Shown: piece after piece, positions 44,711-64,000 of the stretch
Layout: every line of letters begins with the position of its first letter
How positions within the stretch are numbered: position 1 is the stretch's first letter
DNA from: the human T2T-CHM13v2.0 reference genome, Homo sapiens
Assembly: GCF_009914755.1 (NCBI RefSeq)
Contig: NC_060938.1
DNA: 64,000 nucleotides
Direction: 5' to 3' (one strand)
Position numbers and translations under genes: made by a program
The notes under the pieces: model-generated
Told to the model about the DNA's origin: nothing
Databases searched by the model: none
The model's input: only the letters and a program-made list of their open reading frames with translations

Positions 44711-45631
44711 GTTTCTCTTTCTCTCTCTGTCTGTCTCTGTCTTTCTCTGTCTGTCTCTTTCTCTGTCTGTCTGTCTCCTTCTCTCTGTCTCCGTCTCTGT
44801 CTCTCTCTCTCTGTCTCTCTCTCTCTGCCTGTCTCACTGTGTCTGTCTTCTGTCTTATTCTCTTTCTCTGTCTGTCTGTCTCTCTCTCTCCCTTCCTGTC
44901 TCTTTCTCTCTCTCTCTCTCTTTCTGTCTGTTTCTCTCTGCCTGTCTCCGTCTTTCTCTGTCTGCCTCTCTCTTTCTTTTTCTGCGTCTCTCTGTCTCTC
45001 TCTCTCTGTGCCTATCTTCTGTCTTACTCTGTTTCTCTGCCTGCCTGTCTGTCTGTCTGTCTCTCTCTCTCTCTGTCTCTCTCTCTTTCTGTCTGTTTCT
45101 CTCTGTCTCTCTGTCCATCTCTGTCTTTCTCTGTCCGTCTCTCTCTTTCTCCCTGTCTCTGTCTCTGCCTCTGCCTCTCTCTCTCTCTGTCTCTCTCTTT
45201 CTATCTGTTTCTCTCTGTCTCTCTGTCCATCTCTGTCTTTCTCTGTCTGTCTCTCTCTTTCTCCCTGTCTCTGTCTCTGCCTCTCTCTCTCTCTCTCTGT
45301 CTGTCTCTCTCACTGTGTGTGTGTCTCTGTCTCTGCCTCTCTCTCTCTCTCTCTCTCTGTCTGTCTCTCTCACTGTGTGTGTCTGTCTTCTGTCTTACTC
45401 TCCTTCTCTGCCTGTCCGTCTGTCTGTCTGTCTCTCCCTCTCTCTCCCTCCCTTTCTGTTTCTCTCTCTCTCTCTCTCTCTTTCTGTCTGTTTCTCTCTT
45501 TCTCTCTCTGTCTGTCTCTTTCTCTGTCTGTCTGTCTCTCTCTTTCTTTTTCTCTGTCTCTCTGTCTCTCTCTGTGCCTGTCTCTCTGTCTGTGCCTATC
45601 TTCTGTCTTACTCTCTTTCTCTGGCTGACTG

Positions 45632-45674
<43 letters not shown>

Positions 45675-45775
45675 GTCTCCGTCCCTCCCTCCCTGTCTGT
45701 CTGTTTCTCTCTCTGTCCATTTCTGTCTGTCTCTTTCTCTTTCTCTCTCTTTCTTTCTCTCTGTCTCTCTCTGTC

Positions 45776-45824
<49 letters not shown>

Positions 45825-46032
45825 CTCTCTCACTGTGTCGGTCTTCTGTCTTACTCTCTTTCTCTGCCTGCCTCTCTGTCTGTCTGTCTGTCTCTCTCCC
45901 TCCATGTCTCTCTCTCTCTCTCTCTCACTCACTGTCTCTCCGTCTCTCTCTCTTTCTGTCTGTTTCTCTCTGTCTCTGTCTTTCTGTGTGTCTGTCTGTC
46001 TCTCTCTCTATTTGTCTTTCTCCCTCCCTGTC

Positions 46033-46073
<41 letters not shown>

Positions 46074-46147
46074 GTCTGTCTGTTTCTCTCTATCTCTCGC
46101 TGTCCATCTCTGTCTTTCTATGTCTGTCTCTTTCTCTGTCAGTCTGT
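43496..46147 (+). repeat. CT/CTGT polypyrimidine block
   Basis: Full-length version of the block truncated at the window start. Confidence 0.95.
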
Positions 46148-46402
46148 CAGACACCCCCGTGCCGGGTAGGGCCCTGCCCCTTCCACGAAAGTGAGAAGCG
46201 CGTGCTTCGGTGCTTAGAGAGGCCGAGAGGAATCTAGACAGGCGGGCCTTGCTGGGCTTCCCCACTCGGTGTATGATTTCGGGAGGTCGAGGCCGGGTCC
46301 CCGCTTGGATGCGAGGGGCATTTTCAGACTTTTCTCTCGGTCACGTGTGGCGTCCGTACTTCTCCTATTTCCCCGATAAGCTCCTCGACTTCAACATAAA
46401 CG

Positions 46403-50963
<4,561 letters not shown>

Positions 50964-52541
50964 TGTTAAGGCCGGACGCAACACGGCGAAACCCCGTCTC
51001 TACTAAAAATACAAAGCTGAGTCGGGAGCGGTGGGGCAGGCCCCTGTAATGCCAGCTCCTCGGGAGGCTGAGGCGGGAGAATCGCTTGAACCAGGGAAGC
51101 GGAGGCTGCAGGGAGCCGAGATCGCGCCACTGCACTACGGCCCAGGCTGTAGAGTGAGTGAGACTCGGTCTCTAAATAAATACGGAAATTAATTAATTCA
51201 TTAATTCTTTTCCCTGCTGACGGACATTTGCAGGCAGGCATCGGTTGTCTTCGGGCATCACCTAGCGGCCACTGTTATTGAAAGTCGACGTGACACGGAG
51301 GGAGGTCTCGCCGACTTCACCGAGCCTGGGGCAACGGGTTTCTCTCTCTCCCTTCTGGAGGCCCCTCCCTCTCTCCCTCGTTGCCTAGGGAACCTCGCCT
51401 AGGGAACCTCCGCCCTGGCGGGGGCCCTATTGTTCTTTGATCGGCGCTTTACTTTTCTTTGTGTTTTGGCGCCTAGACTCTTCTACTTGGGCTTTGGGAA
51501 GGGTCAGTTTAATTTTCAAGTTGCCCCCCGGCTCCCCCCACTACCCACGTCCCTTCACCTTAATTTAGTGAGTCGGTTAGGTGGGTTTCCCCCAAACCGC
51601 CCCCCCCCCCCCCCCGCCTCCCAACACCCTGCTTGGAAACCTTCCAGAGCCACCCCGGTGTGCCTCCGTCTTCTCTCCCCTTCCCCCACCCCTTGCCGGC
51701 GATCTCATTCTTGCCAGGCTGACATTTGCATCGGTGGGCGTCAGGCCTCACTCGGGGGCCACCGTTTTTGAAGATGGGGGCGGCACGGTCCCACTTCCCC
51801 GGAGGCAGCTTGGGCCGATGGCATAGCCCCTTGACCCGCGTGGGCAAGCGGGCGGGTCTGCAGTTGTGAGGCTTTTCCCCCCGCTGCTTCCCGCCTCAGG
51901 CCTCCCTCCCTAGGAAAGCTTCACCCTGGCTGGGTCTCGGTCACCTTTTATCACGATGTTTTAGTTTCTCCGCCCTCCGGCCAGCAGAGTTTCACAATGC
52001 GAAGGGCGCCACGGCTCTAGTCTGGGCCTTCTCAGTACTTGCCCAAAATAGAAACGCTTTCTGAAAACTAATAACTTTGCTCACTTAAGATTTCCAGGGA
52101 CGGCGCCTTGGCCCGTGTTTGTTGGCTTGTTTTGTTTCGTTCTGTTTTGTTTTGTTCGTGTTTTTCCTTTCTCGTATGTCTTTCTTTTCAGGTGAAGTAG
52201 AAATCCCCAGTTTTCAGGAAGACGTCTATTTTCCCCAAGACACGTTAGCTGCCGTTTTTTCCTGTTGTGAACTAGCGCTTTTGTGACTCTCTCAACGTGC
52301 AGTGAGAGCCGGTTGATGTTTACTATCCTTCATCATGACATCTTATTTTCTAGAAATCCGTAGGCGAATGCTGCTGCTGCTCTTGTTGCTGTTGTTGTTG
52401 TTGTTGTTGTCGTCGTTGCTGTTGTCGTTGTCGTTGTTGTTGTCGTTGTCGTTGTTTTCAAAGTATACCCCGGCCACCGTTTATGGGATCAAAAGCATTA
52501 TAAAATATGTGTGATTATTTCTTGAGCACGCCCTTCCTCCC

Positions 52542-53127
52542 CCTCTCTCTGTCTCTCTGTCTGTCTCTGTCTCTCTCTTTCTCTGTCTGTCTTCTCTCTC
52601 TCTCTCTCTGTGTCTCTCTCTCTCTGCCTGTCTGTTTCTCTCTCTCTGCCTCTCTCTCTCTCTCTCTCTCTGCCTGTCTCTCTCACTGTGTCTGTCTTCT
52701 GTCTTACTCCCTTTCTCTGTCTGTCTGTCGGTCTCTCTCTCTCTCTCTCCCTGTCTGTATGTTTCTCTCTGTCTCTGTCTCTCTCTCTCTTTCTGTTTCT
52801 CTCTCTCCGTCTCTGTCTTTCTCTGACTGTCTCTCTCTTTCCTTCTCTCTGTCTCTCTCTGCCTGTCTCTCTCACTCTGTCTTCTGTCTTACTCTCTCTC
52901 TCTGCCTGCCTGTCTCTCTCACTCTCTCTCTCTGTGTGTCTCTCTCTCTCTTTCTGTTTCTCTCTGTCTCTCTGTCCGTCTCTGTCTTTCTCTGTCTGTC
53001 TCTTTGTCTGTCTGTCTTTGTCTTTCCTTCTCTCTGTCTCTGTCTCTCTCACTGTGTCTGTCTTCTGTCTTAGTCTCTCTCTCTCTCTCTCCCTGTCTGT
53101 CTGTCTCTCTCTCTCTCTCCCCCTGTC

Positions 53128-53170
<43 letters not shown>

Positions 53171-53725
53171 TTGTCTTTCTTTCTGTCTCTGTCTCTCTCT
53201 CTCTCTCTGTGTGTCTGTCTTCTGTCTTACTGTCTTTCTCTGCCTGTCTGTCTGTCTGTCTCTCTCTGTCTGTCTCTCTCTCTCTCTCCCCCCTGTCGGC
53301 TGTTTCTCTGTCTCTGTCTGTGTCTCTCTTTCTGTCTGTTTCTCTCTGTCTGTCTTTCTCTCTCTGTCTCTTTCTCTCTGTCTCTCTGTCTGTCTCTGTC
53401 TCTCTCTCTGTCTCTCTCTCTCTGTGGGGGTGTGTGTGTGTGTGTGTATGTGTGTGTGTGTGTGTGTGTGTGTCTGCCTTCTGTCTTACTCTCTTTCTCT
53501 GCCTGTCTGTCTGCCTGTCTGTTTGTCTCTCTCTCTCTGCCTGTCTCTCTCCCTTCCTGTCTGTTTCTCTCTCTTTCTGTTTCTCTCTGTCTCTGTCCAT
53601 CTCTGTCTTTCTCCGTCTGTCTCTTTATCTGTCTCTCTCCGTCTGTCTCTTTATCTGTCTCTCTCTCTCTTTCTGTCTTTCTCTCTCTGTGTATCGTTGT
53701 CTCTCTCTGTCTGTCTCTGTCTCTG

Positions 53726-53758
<33 letters not shown>

Positions 53759-53802
53759 GTCTGTCTGTCCGTCTGTCTGTCTCGGTCTCTGGCTCTCGCT
53801 AT
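52542..53802 (+). repeat. Third CT-rich block
   Basis: Copy of 8270-9530. Confidence 0.93.
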
Positions 53803-55101
53803 CTCCCGCCCTCTCTTTTTTTGCAAAAGAAGCTCAAGTACATCTAATCTAATCCCTTACCAAGGCCTGAATTCTTCACTTCTGACATCCCAGATTTGAT
53901 CTCCCTACAGAATGCTGTACAGAACTGGCGAGTTGATTTCTGGACTTGGATACCTCATAGAAACTACATATGAATAAAGATCCAATCCTAAAATCTGGGG
54001 TGGCTTCTCCCTCGACTGTCTCGAAAAATCGTACCTCTGTTCCCCTAGGATGCCGGAAGAGTTTTCTCAATGTGCATCTGCCCGTGTCCTAAGTGATCTG
54101 TGACCGAGCCCTGTCCGTCCTGTCTCAAATATGTACGTGCAAACACTTCTCTCCATTTCCACAACTACCCACGGCCCCTTGTGGAACCACTGGCTCTTTG
54201 AAAAAAATCCCAGAAGTGGTTTTGGCTTTTTGGCTAGGAGGCCTAAGCCTGCTGAGAACTTTCCTGCCCAGGATCCTGTGTGACCAAAAGTGCCTCTGCT
54301 GGGAGCTGGGATCCTCGGGACCATGCTTGCTAGCGCTGGATGAGTCTCTGGAAGGACGCACGGGACTCCGCAAAGCTGACCTGTCCCACCGAGGTCAAAT
54401 GGATACCTCTGCATTGGCCCGAGGCCTCCGAAGTACATCACCGTCACCAACCGTCACCGTCAGCATCCTTGTGAGCCTGCCCAAGGCCCCGCCTCCGGGG
54501 AGACTCTTGGGAGCCCGGCCTTCGTCGGCTAAAGTCCAAAGGGATGGTGACTTCCACCCACAAGGTCCCCACTGAACGGCGAAGATGTGGAGCGTAGGTC
54601 AGAGAGGGGACCAGGAGGGGAGACGTCCCGACAGGCGACGAGTTCCCAAGGCTCTGGCCACCCCACCCACGCCCCACGCCCCACGTCCCGGGCACCCGCG
54701 GGACACCGCCGCTTTATCCCCTCCTCTGTCCACAGCCAGCCCCACCCCACCACGCAACCCACGCACACACGCTGGAGGTTCCAAAACCACACGGTGTGAC
54801 TAGAGCCTGACGGAGCGAGAGCCCATTTCACGAGGTGGGAGGGGTGGGGGTGGGGTGGGTTGGGGGTTGTGGGGTCTGTGGCGAGCCCGATTCTCCCTCT
54901 TGGGTGGCTACAGGCTAGAAATGAATATCGCTTCTTGGGCGGAGGGGCTTCCTTAGGCCATCACCGCTTGCGGGACTACCTCTCAAACCCTCCCTTGAGG
55001 CCACAAAATAGATTCCACCCCACCCATCGACGTTTCCCCCGGGTGCTGGATGTATCCTGTCAAGAGACCTGAGCCTGACACCGTCGAATTAAACACCTTG
55101 A

Positions 55102-55293
<192 letters not shown>

Positions 55294-55384
55294 TAGACAC
55301 GGGGTTTCACCCTCTTTCATTGGTTTTCACTGGAGATTCTAGATTCGAGCCACACCTCATTCCGTGCCACAGAGAGACTTCTTT

Positions 55385-58300
55385 TTTTTTTTTTTTTTAA
55401 GCGCAACGCAACATGTCTGCCTTATTTGAGTGGCTTCCTATATCATTATAATTGTGTTATAGATGAAGAAACGGTATTAAACACTGTGCTAATGATAGTG
55501 AAAGTGAAGACAAAAGAAAGGCTATCTATTTTGTGGTTAGAATAAAGTTGCTCAGTATTTAGAGCTACCTAAATACGTCAGCATTTACACTCTTCCTAGT
55601 AAAAGCTGGCCAATCTGAATAATCCTCCTTTAAACAAACACAATTTTTGATAGGGTTAAGATTTTTTTAAGAATGCGACTCCTGCAAAATAGCTGAACAG
55701 ACGATACACATTTAAAAAAATAACAACACAAGGATCAACCAGACTTGGGAAAAAATCGAAAACCACACAAGTCTTATGAAGAACTGAGTTCTTAAAATAG
55801 GACGGAGAACGTAGCTATCGGAAGAGAAGGCAGTATTGGCAAGTTGATTGTTACGTTGGTCAGCAGTAGCTGGCACTATCTTTTTGGCCATCTTTCGGGC
55901 AATGTAACTACTACAGCAAAATGAGATATGATCCATTAAACAACATATTCGCAAATCAAAAAGTGTTTCAGTAATATAATGCTTCAGATTTAGAAGCAAA
56001 TCAAATGATAGAACTCCACTGCTGTAATAAGTCACCCCAAAGATCACCGTATCTGACAAAATAACTACCACAGGGTTATGACTTCAGAATCATACTTTCT
56101 CTTGATATTTACTTATGTATGTATTTATTTTTTTTAATTTATTTCTCTTGAGACGGCGTCTCGCTCTGTCGCCCAGGCTGGAGTGCGATGGTGTGATCTC
56201 GGCTCACTGCAACCGCCACCTCCCTGGGTTCAAGCGATTCTCCTGCCTCAGCCTCCCGAGTAGCTGGGACTACAGGTGCCCGCCACCACGCCCAGCTAAT
56301 CTTTATACTTTTAATAGAGACGGGGTTTCACCGTGTCGGCCCGGATGGTCTCGATCTCTTGACCTCGTGACCCGCCCGCCTCGGCCTCCCAAAGTGCTGG
56401 GATGACAGGCGTGAGCCACTGAGCCCGGCCTTCTCTTGACGTTTAAACTATGAAGTCAGTCCAGAGAAACGCAATAAATGTCAACGGTGAGGATGGTGTT
56501 GAGGCAGAAGTAGGACCACACTTTTTCCTATCTTATTCAGTTGATAACAATATGACCTAGGTAGTAATTTCCTATGTGCCTACTTATACACGAGTACAAA
56601 AGAGTAAAACAGAGAGACTGCTAAATTAAAGGGTACGTGAAGTTCTTCATAGTAACTCCGTAAACTGGAACACTGTCAAAAAGCAGCAGCTAGTGAATTG
56701 TTTCCATGTATTTTTCTATGATCCAATAAGTGAACTATGCTATTCCTTTCCAGTCTCCCAAGCACTTCTTGTCCCCATCACCACTTCGGTGCTCGAAGAA
56801 AAAGTAACAAATCAAGGAACACAACTAAAGAAACACACACACAAACCAAAGACAACTACAGCGTCTGCAAAAGTTTGCTAGAAGACTGAAACTGTTGAGT
56901 ATAAGGATCTGGTATTCTACGATCATGAGTTCACTTCAGAGTTTGTTCAAGACATACGTTTCGTAAGGAAACATCTTAGTTAGAAGTTATTCAGCAGTAG
57001 GTACCATCCCTAAGTATTTTTCACCAAATTCGTGACAATAAAGAGCTATCTAACCAGAAAAATTAGCGAGTACCGGCACCATCCATAGGGCTTTGTCTTT
57101 ACGCTTCATTAGCACTTACCATGCCTTACAATGTCTAGGATTGACCCTGATAGCATTTCGAAAACAAGCTAATGCTTTGTCCAGTTCTTCAGTGAAGACA
57201 AGCTCACGCCCTAATGCGCTATAGGCATAAGCATCATTTGGATCCACTTCGAGAGTTCTCTGGAAGAATTGAATCGCAATATCGTGTTCCCGTTGCAGAC
57301 CGAAACAGTTCCCTGCAGCACACCAGGCCTCTGGCTGGCGAATTTTTATCCATGTCTGTGAAGTCTTTGGACAGAACTGAAAGAGCAACCTCTTTCGGAG
57401 GATGCCAAAGTGTTGTAGAGTAGATCTCCATGCCTTCGACTCTGTAATTCTCAATCCTCCTAACCTCTGAGAATTGTCTTTCAGCTTGCGTGGACTCTGA
57501 AAGTTTACAATAGGCCCTTCCGATTTGGCACAGTACCCAACCGGTATTGCAGTGGTGAGAAGCTAGATGGCTCAAGATGCTGATAGCTTCTTTGCCGTGG
57601 TAAGAACACAAAGCTAAATAACCTTTCCCCCTTTCACGAAGAAGGCTCATCAAGCCTTCCGCTGCTGCTTTTTGTAGATTAAAAGCCTGAATCTGAGGCG
57701 CGATTGCGGCTATTTTCCCTTCTGAAATGACGGAAGAGTCCAATTTTGTCACTTCCAGGCTATCACTTATGTTCGGTGGAGTTATTGCTCCTTTATTAGT
57801 TTTACTTTTGGTTCTTCTGTTTGGGATTTTAGGTGGAAACTTCATTTTTAATTTTCTCCTATTCTCCTCGGTTGTGGAGCTGTCACTAGTCAAGAGTCGT
57901 GAATTTCTTCGAGGCGGTGCATTTGGGGGAGATGCCATAGTGGGGCTCAATACCTGAGGTGTTGCCCTTGTCGGCGGACCAGAACTTTGTGTTTTTGCAA
58001 GGACTGGAGTTACCTTTCGGCTCTTTCCCCTCTGCGAGAAGACAGACGGTGTTCCGGTTTGGCCGATTCTGGCAACAGGCTTTTTTGAAGGGGCTCCGGT
58101 GGATGGCACGTCAATGACAGACGGTGTCTCATACCAGTGCAGTTTTGTCAATAGGGTCCGTCTCCGGGACTTGGGGTTTCTAATGGCAAAATGCCAACAC
58201 TTGGGGTTAATGGACTAACAGCTGCTGGTCCTCCTAATAAACTTCGACCAGTTTTTGGTTTATGTTGAACCTGTTTAGATCATATGGAAGTTCCTGTTCC

Positions 58301-59179
58301 CAGTGGGACAGTATCAGGTGAAAGGACAGCTGAATCGATAGAAGACACTGGGGAGTCTGTATTCAAGGAGTACTTTGAATTGGAAGATTCTAAATTCCAT
58401 CCGTTTCATTCGACGGTGTCCTGGGGTGTTTCCGTAAGAACGGTCTCGGGCTGTCTGTGACATAAACTAGGACGAGGTCCAAGTGTTGTGGCGCAACACT
58501 TGGACAGGCAGTTGCTAAAGCTCTCTAGAGAGGTGAATCAAAATGTTTGGTCAGGATCTGGCTTTTCCCCCCTATTTCACATCATGATTCAAAGGGACAC
58601 CAGAGGAAAGGATTTCAACGAAGGCTCTTTTGGTCACATTCTGATCCTTTGGTAAGCCGATCTGTCTTGCAATATACATGTCCCGACGATGGAAGGGGAA
58701 AGCGAGCTGAATCACCAAACTCAGGAACGATAATATCATCGTGGCTTTTCTGCTTATGAAACACTCCACCCGATAAGATTTGATCCCCTTCTGCAAGCTT
58801 GCTGAGATCAACACAACATTTCGCAAGCAGGCATTTGCATTGCGGGGTAGTACAACTGTGTCCTTTCAAGAGTCTATATGTTTTATAGGCCTTTCCTGAG
58901 CGGTAAGAACAGGTCGCCAGTAAGAACAAGGCTTCTTCTGAGTGTACTTCTGCATAAAGGCGTTCTGCGGGGGAAACCGCATCTCGGTAGGCATAGTGGT
59001 TTAGTGCTTGCCATATAGCAGCCTGGACGGGTCCCTGCAGCACCGCCATCCTCGAGGCTCAGGCCCACTTTCTGCAGTGCCACAGGCACCCCCCCCCCCC
59101 CCATAGCGGCTCCGGCCCGGCCAGCCTCGGCTCATTTAAAGGCACCAGCCGCCGTTACCGGGGGATGGGGGAGTCCGAG
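55385..59179 (-). pseudogene. CDC27P: CDC27 retropseudogene (copy in the next rDNA unit)
   Basis: Same ORF fragments at +44272. Confidence 0.95.
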
Positions 59180-59969
59180 ACAGAATGACTTCTTTATCCT
59201 GCTGACTCTGGAAAGCCCGGCGCCTTGTGATCCATTGCAAACCGAGAGTCACCTCGTGTTTAGAACACGGATCCACTCCCAAGTTCAGTGGGGGGATGTG
59301 AGGGGTGTGGCAGGTAGGACGAAGGACTCTCTTCCTTCTGATTCGGTCTGCACAGTGGGGCCTAGGGCTGGAGCTCTCTCCGTGCGGACCGCTGACTCCC
59401 TCTACCTTGGGTTCCCTCGGCCCCACCCTGGAACGCCGGGCCTTGGCAGATTCTGGCCCTTCCTGGCCCTTCAGTCGCTGTCAGAAACCCCATCTCATGC
59501 TCGGATGCCCCGAGTGACTGTGGCTCGCACCTCTCCGGAAACATTGGAAATCTCTCCTCTACGCGCGGCCACCTGAAACCACAGGAGCTCGGGACACACG
59601 TGCTTTCGGGAGAGAATGCTGAGAGTCTCTTGCCGACTCTCTCTTGACTTGAGTTCTTCGTGGGTGCGTGGTTAAGACGTAGTGAGACCAGATGTATTAA
59701 CTCAGGCCGGGTGCTGGTGGCTCACGCCTGTAACCCCAACACTTTGGGAGGCCGAGGCCGTAGGATCCCTCGAGGAATCGCCTAACCCTGGGGAGGTTGA
59801 GGTTGCAGTGAGTGAGCCATAGTTGTGTCACTGTGCTCCAGTCTGGGCGAAAGACAGAATGAGGCCCTGCCACAGGCAGGCAGGCAGGCAGGCAGGCAGA
59901 AAGACAACAGCTGTATTATGTTCTTCTCAGGGTAGGAAGCAAAAATAACAGAATACAGCACTTAATTAA

Positions 59970-60092
<123 letters not shown>

Positions 60093-60314
60093 TGAGTAGC
60101 TGGGATTACAGGGAGGAGCCACCACACCCAGCTGATTTTGTATTGTTAGTAGAGACGGCATTTCTCCATGTGGGTCAGGCTGGTCTCGAACTGGCGACCC
60201 CAGTGGATCTGCCCGCCCCGGCCTCCCAAAGTGCTGGGGTGACAGGCGTGAGCCATCGTGACTGGCCGGCTACGTTTATTTATTTATTTTTTTAATTATT
60301 TTACTTTTTTTTAG

Positions 60315-60573
<259 letters not shown>

Positions 60574-61827
60574 TAGCCAGGATGGTCTCGATCTCCTGAC
60601 CCCGTGATCCGTCCACCTCGGCCTCCCAAAGTGCTGGGATGACAGGCGTGAGCCACCGCCCCCGGCCTATTTATCTATTTATTAACTTTGAGTCCAGGTT
60701 ATGAAACCAGTTAGTTTTTGTAATTTTTTTTTTTTTTTTTTTTTTTTTGAGACGAGGTTTCACCGTGTTGCCAAGGCTTGGACCGAGGGATCCACCGGCC
60801 CTCGGCCTCCCAAAAGTGCGGGGATGACAGGCGCGAGCCTACCGCGCCCGGACCCCCCCTTTCCCCTTCCCCCGCTTGTCTTCCCGACAGACAGTTTCAC
60901 GGCAGAGCGTTTGGCTGGCGTGCTTAAACTCATTCTAAATAGAAATTTGGGACGTCAGCTTCTGGCCTCACGGACTCTGAGCCGAGGAGTCCCCTGGTCT
61001 GTCTATCACAGGACCGTACACGTAAGGAGGAGAAAAATCGTAACGTTCAAAGTCAGTCATTTTGTGATACAGAAATACACGGATTCACCCAAAACACAGA
61101 AAGCAGTCTTTTAGAAATGGCCTTAGCCCTGGTGTCCGTGCCAGTGATTCTTTTCGGTTTGGACCTTGACTGAGAGGATTCCCAGTCGGTCTCTCGTCTC
61201 TGGACGGAAGTTCCAGATGATCCGATGGGTGGGGGACTTAGGCTGCGTCCCCCCAGGAGCCCTGGTCGATTAGTTGTGGGGATCGCCTTGGAGGGCGCGG
61301 TGACCCACTGTGCTGTGGGAGCCTCCATCCTTCCCCCCACCCCCTCCCCAGGGGATCCCAATTCATTCCGGGCTGACACGCTCACTGGCAGGCGTCGGGC
61401 ATCACCTAGCGGTCACTGTTACTCTGAAAACGGAGGCCTCACAGAGGAAGGGAGCACCAGGCCGCCTGCGCACAGCCTGGGGCAACTGTGTCTTCTCCAC
61501 CGCCCCCGCCCCCACCTCCAAGTTCCTCCCTCCCTTGTTGCCTAGGAAATCGCCACTTTGACGACCGGGTCTGATTGACCTTTGATCAGGCAAAAACGAA
61601 CAAACAGATAAATAAATAAAATAACACAAAAGTAACTAACTAAATAAAATAAGTCAATACAACCCATTACAATACAATAAGATACGATACGATAGGATGC
61701 GATAGGATACGATAGGATACAATACAATACGATACGATACAATACAATACAATACAATACAATACAATACAATACAATACAATACAATACAATACAATAC
61801 GCCGGGCGCGGTGGCTCATGCCTGTCA

Positions 61828-62079
<252 letters not shown>

Positions 62080-62339
62080 TCAAAAATAAATACATAAATA
62101 AATACATACATACATACATACATACATACATAAATTAAAATAAATAAATAAAATAAAATAAATAAATGGGCCCTGCGCGGTGGCTCAAGCCTGTCATCCC
62201 CTCACTTTGGGAGGCCAAGGCCGGTGGATCAAGAGGCGGTCAGACCAACAGGGCCAGTATGGTGAAACCCCGTCTCTACTCACAATACACAACATTAGCC
62301 GGGCGCTGTGCTGTGCTGTACTGTCTGTAATCCCAGCTA

Positions 62340-62633
<294 letters not shown>

Positions 62634-62905
62634 TTAACTTCATTTTATGTTATTATCATGATTGATGTTTCGAGACGGAGTCTCGGAGGCCCGCCCTCCC
62701 TGGTTGCCCAGACAACCCCGGGAGACAGACCCTGGCTGGGCCCGATTGTTCTTCTCCTTGGTCAGGGGTTTCCTTGTCTTTCTTCGTGTCTTTAACCCGC
62801 GTGGACTCTTCCGCTCGGGTTTGACAGATGGCAGCTCCACTTTAGGCCTTGTTGTTGTTGGGGACTTTCCTGATTCTCCCCAGATGTAGTGAAAGCAGGT
62901 AGATT

Positions 62906-62935
62906 TGCCTTGCCTGGACTTGCCTGGCCTTGCCT
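62906..62935 (+). promoter_or_regulatory. RGC p53-binding element (next unit)
   Basis: Identical copy at +44272. Confidence 0.85.
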
Positions 62936-63329
62936 TTTCTTTCTTTCTTTCTTTATTACTTTCTCTTTTTCTTCTTCTTCTTCTTCTTCTTCTTCTTCTT
63001 CTTCTTCTTCTTCTTCTTCTTCTTCTTCTTCTTCTTCTTTTTTTTTTTGAGACAGAGTTTCACTCTTGTTGCCCAGGCTAGAGGGCAATGGTGCGATCTC
63101 GGCTCACCGCACCCTCCGCCTCCCAGGTTCAAGCGATTCTCCTGCCTCAGCCTCCTGATTAGCTGGGATTACAGGCATGGGCCACCGTGCCTGGCTGATG
63201 TTTGTACTTTTAGTAGAGACGGTGTTTTTCCATGTTGGTCAGGCTGGTCTCCCACTCCCAACCTCAGGTGGTCCGCCTGCCTTAGCCTCCCAAAGTGCTG
63301 GGATGACAGGCGTGAGCCACCGCGCCCAG

Positions 63330-63378
<49 letters not shown>

Positions 63379-64000
63379 CGCTTGCTTGCTTGCTTTCGTG
63401 CTTTCTTGCTTTCCCGTTTTCTTGCTTTCTTTCTTTCTTTCGTTTCTTTCATGCTTGCTTTCTTGCTTGCTTGCTTGCTTTCGTGCTTTCTTGCTTTCCT
63501 GTTTTCTTTTTCTTTCTTTCTTTCTTTCTTTCTTTTGTTTCTTTCTTGCTTGCTTTCTTGCTTGCTTGCTTGCTTTCGTGCTTTCTTGCTTTCCTGTTTT
63601 CTTTCTTTCTTTCTTTCTTTTGTTTCTTTCTTGCTTGCTTTCTTGCTTGCTTGCTTTCGTGCTGTCTTGTTTTCTCGATTTCTTTCTTTCTTTTGTTTCT
63701 TTCCTGCTTGCTTTCTTGCTTGATTGCTTTCGTGCTTTCTTGCTTTCTTGTTTTCTTTCTTTCTTTTGTTTCTTTCTTTCTTGCTTCCTTGTTTTCTTGC
63801 TTTCTTGCTTGCTTGCTTTCGTGCTTTCTTGTTTTCTTGCTTTCTTTCTTTTGTTTCTTTCTTGCTTGCTTTCTTGCTTCCTTGTTTTCTTGCTTTCTTG
63901 CTTGCTTGCTTTCGTGCTTTCTTTCTTGCTTTCTTTTCTTTCTTTCTTTTCTTTTTCTTTCTTTCTTGCTTTCTTTTCTTTCATTCATTCATTCTTTCTT

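Overview
Human ribosomal DNA (NOR, acrocentric short arm), about 1.45 tandem units with a period of 44,272 bp: 1-19,728 recurs, apparently unchanged, at 44,273-64,000. The window holds one complete RNA polymerase I transcription unit on the + strand: TSS 22,079; 5'ETS; 18S 25,717-27,585; ITS1; 5.8S 28,657-28,813; ITS2; 28S 29,982-35,065; 3'ETS; then Sal-box terminators in two R repeats. The intergenic spacer (IGS) has two ~4.5 kb long repeats with CT-rich blocks, many Alus, microsatellites, the RGC p53 site and a CDC27 retrocopy. No functional protein-coding gene is supported; the ORF track is low-complexity or GC-rich artefact apart from CDC27 pseudogene fragments. Most notable observations: (1) the CDC27 copy looks semi-processed, reading through a splice donor into ~1.7 kb of intron-like DNA that ends in poly(A) and is bounded by 16-bp TSDs; (2) about 15 of 18 IGS Alu left arms share one substitution (GATTACA>GATGACA); (3) a CTCF-like plus RFX-like motif module is duplicated 10.1 kb apart; (4) the Pol I initiator carries a +7 A>G variant that creates a CpG. 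Comparisons with reference and consensus sequences are from memory and were not computed.
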